DNA from: Prochlorococcus sp. AG-355-B18
Lineage (GTDB): Bacteria; Cyanobacteriota; Cyanobacteriia; PCC-6307; Cyanobiaceae
Direction of reading: 5' to 3'
Length of the DNA: 64,000 nt
Assembly: GCA_003280965.1 (NCBI GenBank)
Contig: QCDI01000003.1
Coordinates: 64,001 to 128,000, forward strand
This document shows positions 63,501-64,000 of this stretch, piece by piece (the first letter of the stretch is position 1; each line of letters begins with the position of its first letter). Made by a program: the position numbers and the translations under genes. Under the pieces are notes generated by a model, which was given only the letters and a program-made list of their open reading frames with translations, was not told the origin of the DNA and did no database searches.

Positions 63501-64000
63501 TTATGTTTTTAATTTTTTCATTTGTAAAAGTCTTTGAATAATATCTTCAATAGTTTTCGTATCTATTGGTTTACTATATGAGGACAAAAGTTGTCTTCCT
63601 AATACCTGACTTCCTAAATGAGCTAATTGTATGCGTAACGAAGTAAGAAGTTCTAATCCTACCCCACCAGAGAATGTAGCAATTGCGATTGGTTGACCAT
63701 TAAATAAATTCCTAAAGTCATCTCCCGAAATAGAAAGCCAAGCTATGAAGTTTGAGAGAATAGGAGGTATTGATCCATTATATTCAGGAGCACAAATCAC
63801 CCACTTTTCTATTGCGAAAAGTTTTTTTTTTAATTCTTCTATTACAACCGGGATATTATCTTTGCTATGAATTCTTGGATTAAATAATGGAATGTCAAGA
63901 GTCGTAAGATCTAATATCTCAGAACTTATTTTCAATTCATTACTTTTTTCAAGGAATTTTTCAGAAAGTTCTAAATTTTTTCCACAACTAGCAGTAATGA
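63501..64000 (-). CDS. NADPH-dependent FMN reductase family protein (5' end outside window)
   Basis: APEYNGSIPPIL motif; the frame continues to the window edge. Confidence 0.85.
   Translation of the reverse strand, partial: ITASCGKNLELSEKFLEKSNELKISSEILDLTTLDIPLFNPRIHSKDNIPVVIEELKKKLFAIEKWVICAPEYNGSIPPILSNFIAWLSISGDDFRNLFNGQPIAIATFSGGVGLELLTSLRIQLAHLGSQVLGRQLLSSYSKPIDTKTIEDIIQRLLQMKKLKT

Overview
Very AT-rich cyanobacterial chromosome segment. Gene content and order point to a high-light-type Prochlorococcus marinus (inferred from recalled synteny, not from a search). The window spans the replication origin between thrC and dnaN, which has DnaA boxes, DnaA-trio repeats and an AT-rich unwinding tract. 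About 53.5 kb is ordinary core genome, from dnaK through uvrA, dnaN, purL, ftsY, grpE-dnaJ, murBC and gap2 to cbiD and guaA. The one clearly accessory region is a 6,460-bp island in the 3' end of guaA. It is bounded by an exact 18-bp direct repeat (53482-53499 and 59942-59959) and carries three tandem pairs of an 11-bp motif near its ends, but it encodes no integrase. Its cargo is an unusual candidate defence system: an 829-aa Mrr-like nuclease/SF2 helicase resembling the front half of a Type ISP enzyme but ending in a short different domain, plus two divergently transcribed stand-alone amino-methyltransferases (alpha-class and beta/Mod-like). Two small secreted proteins are also carried. A solo Cys-rich PD-(D/E)XK nuclease lies just outside the right junction. 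No tRNA, rRNA or CRISPR array was recognised.
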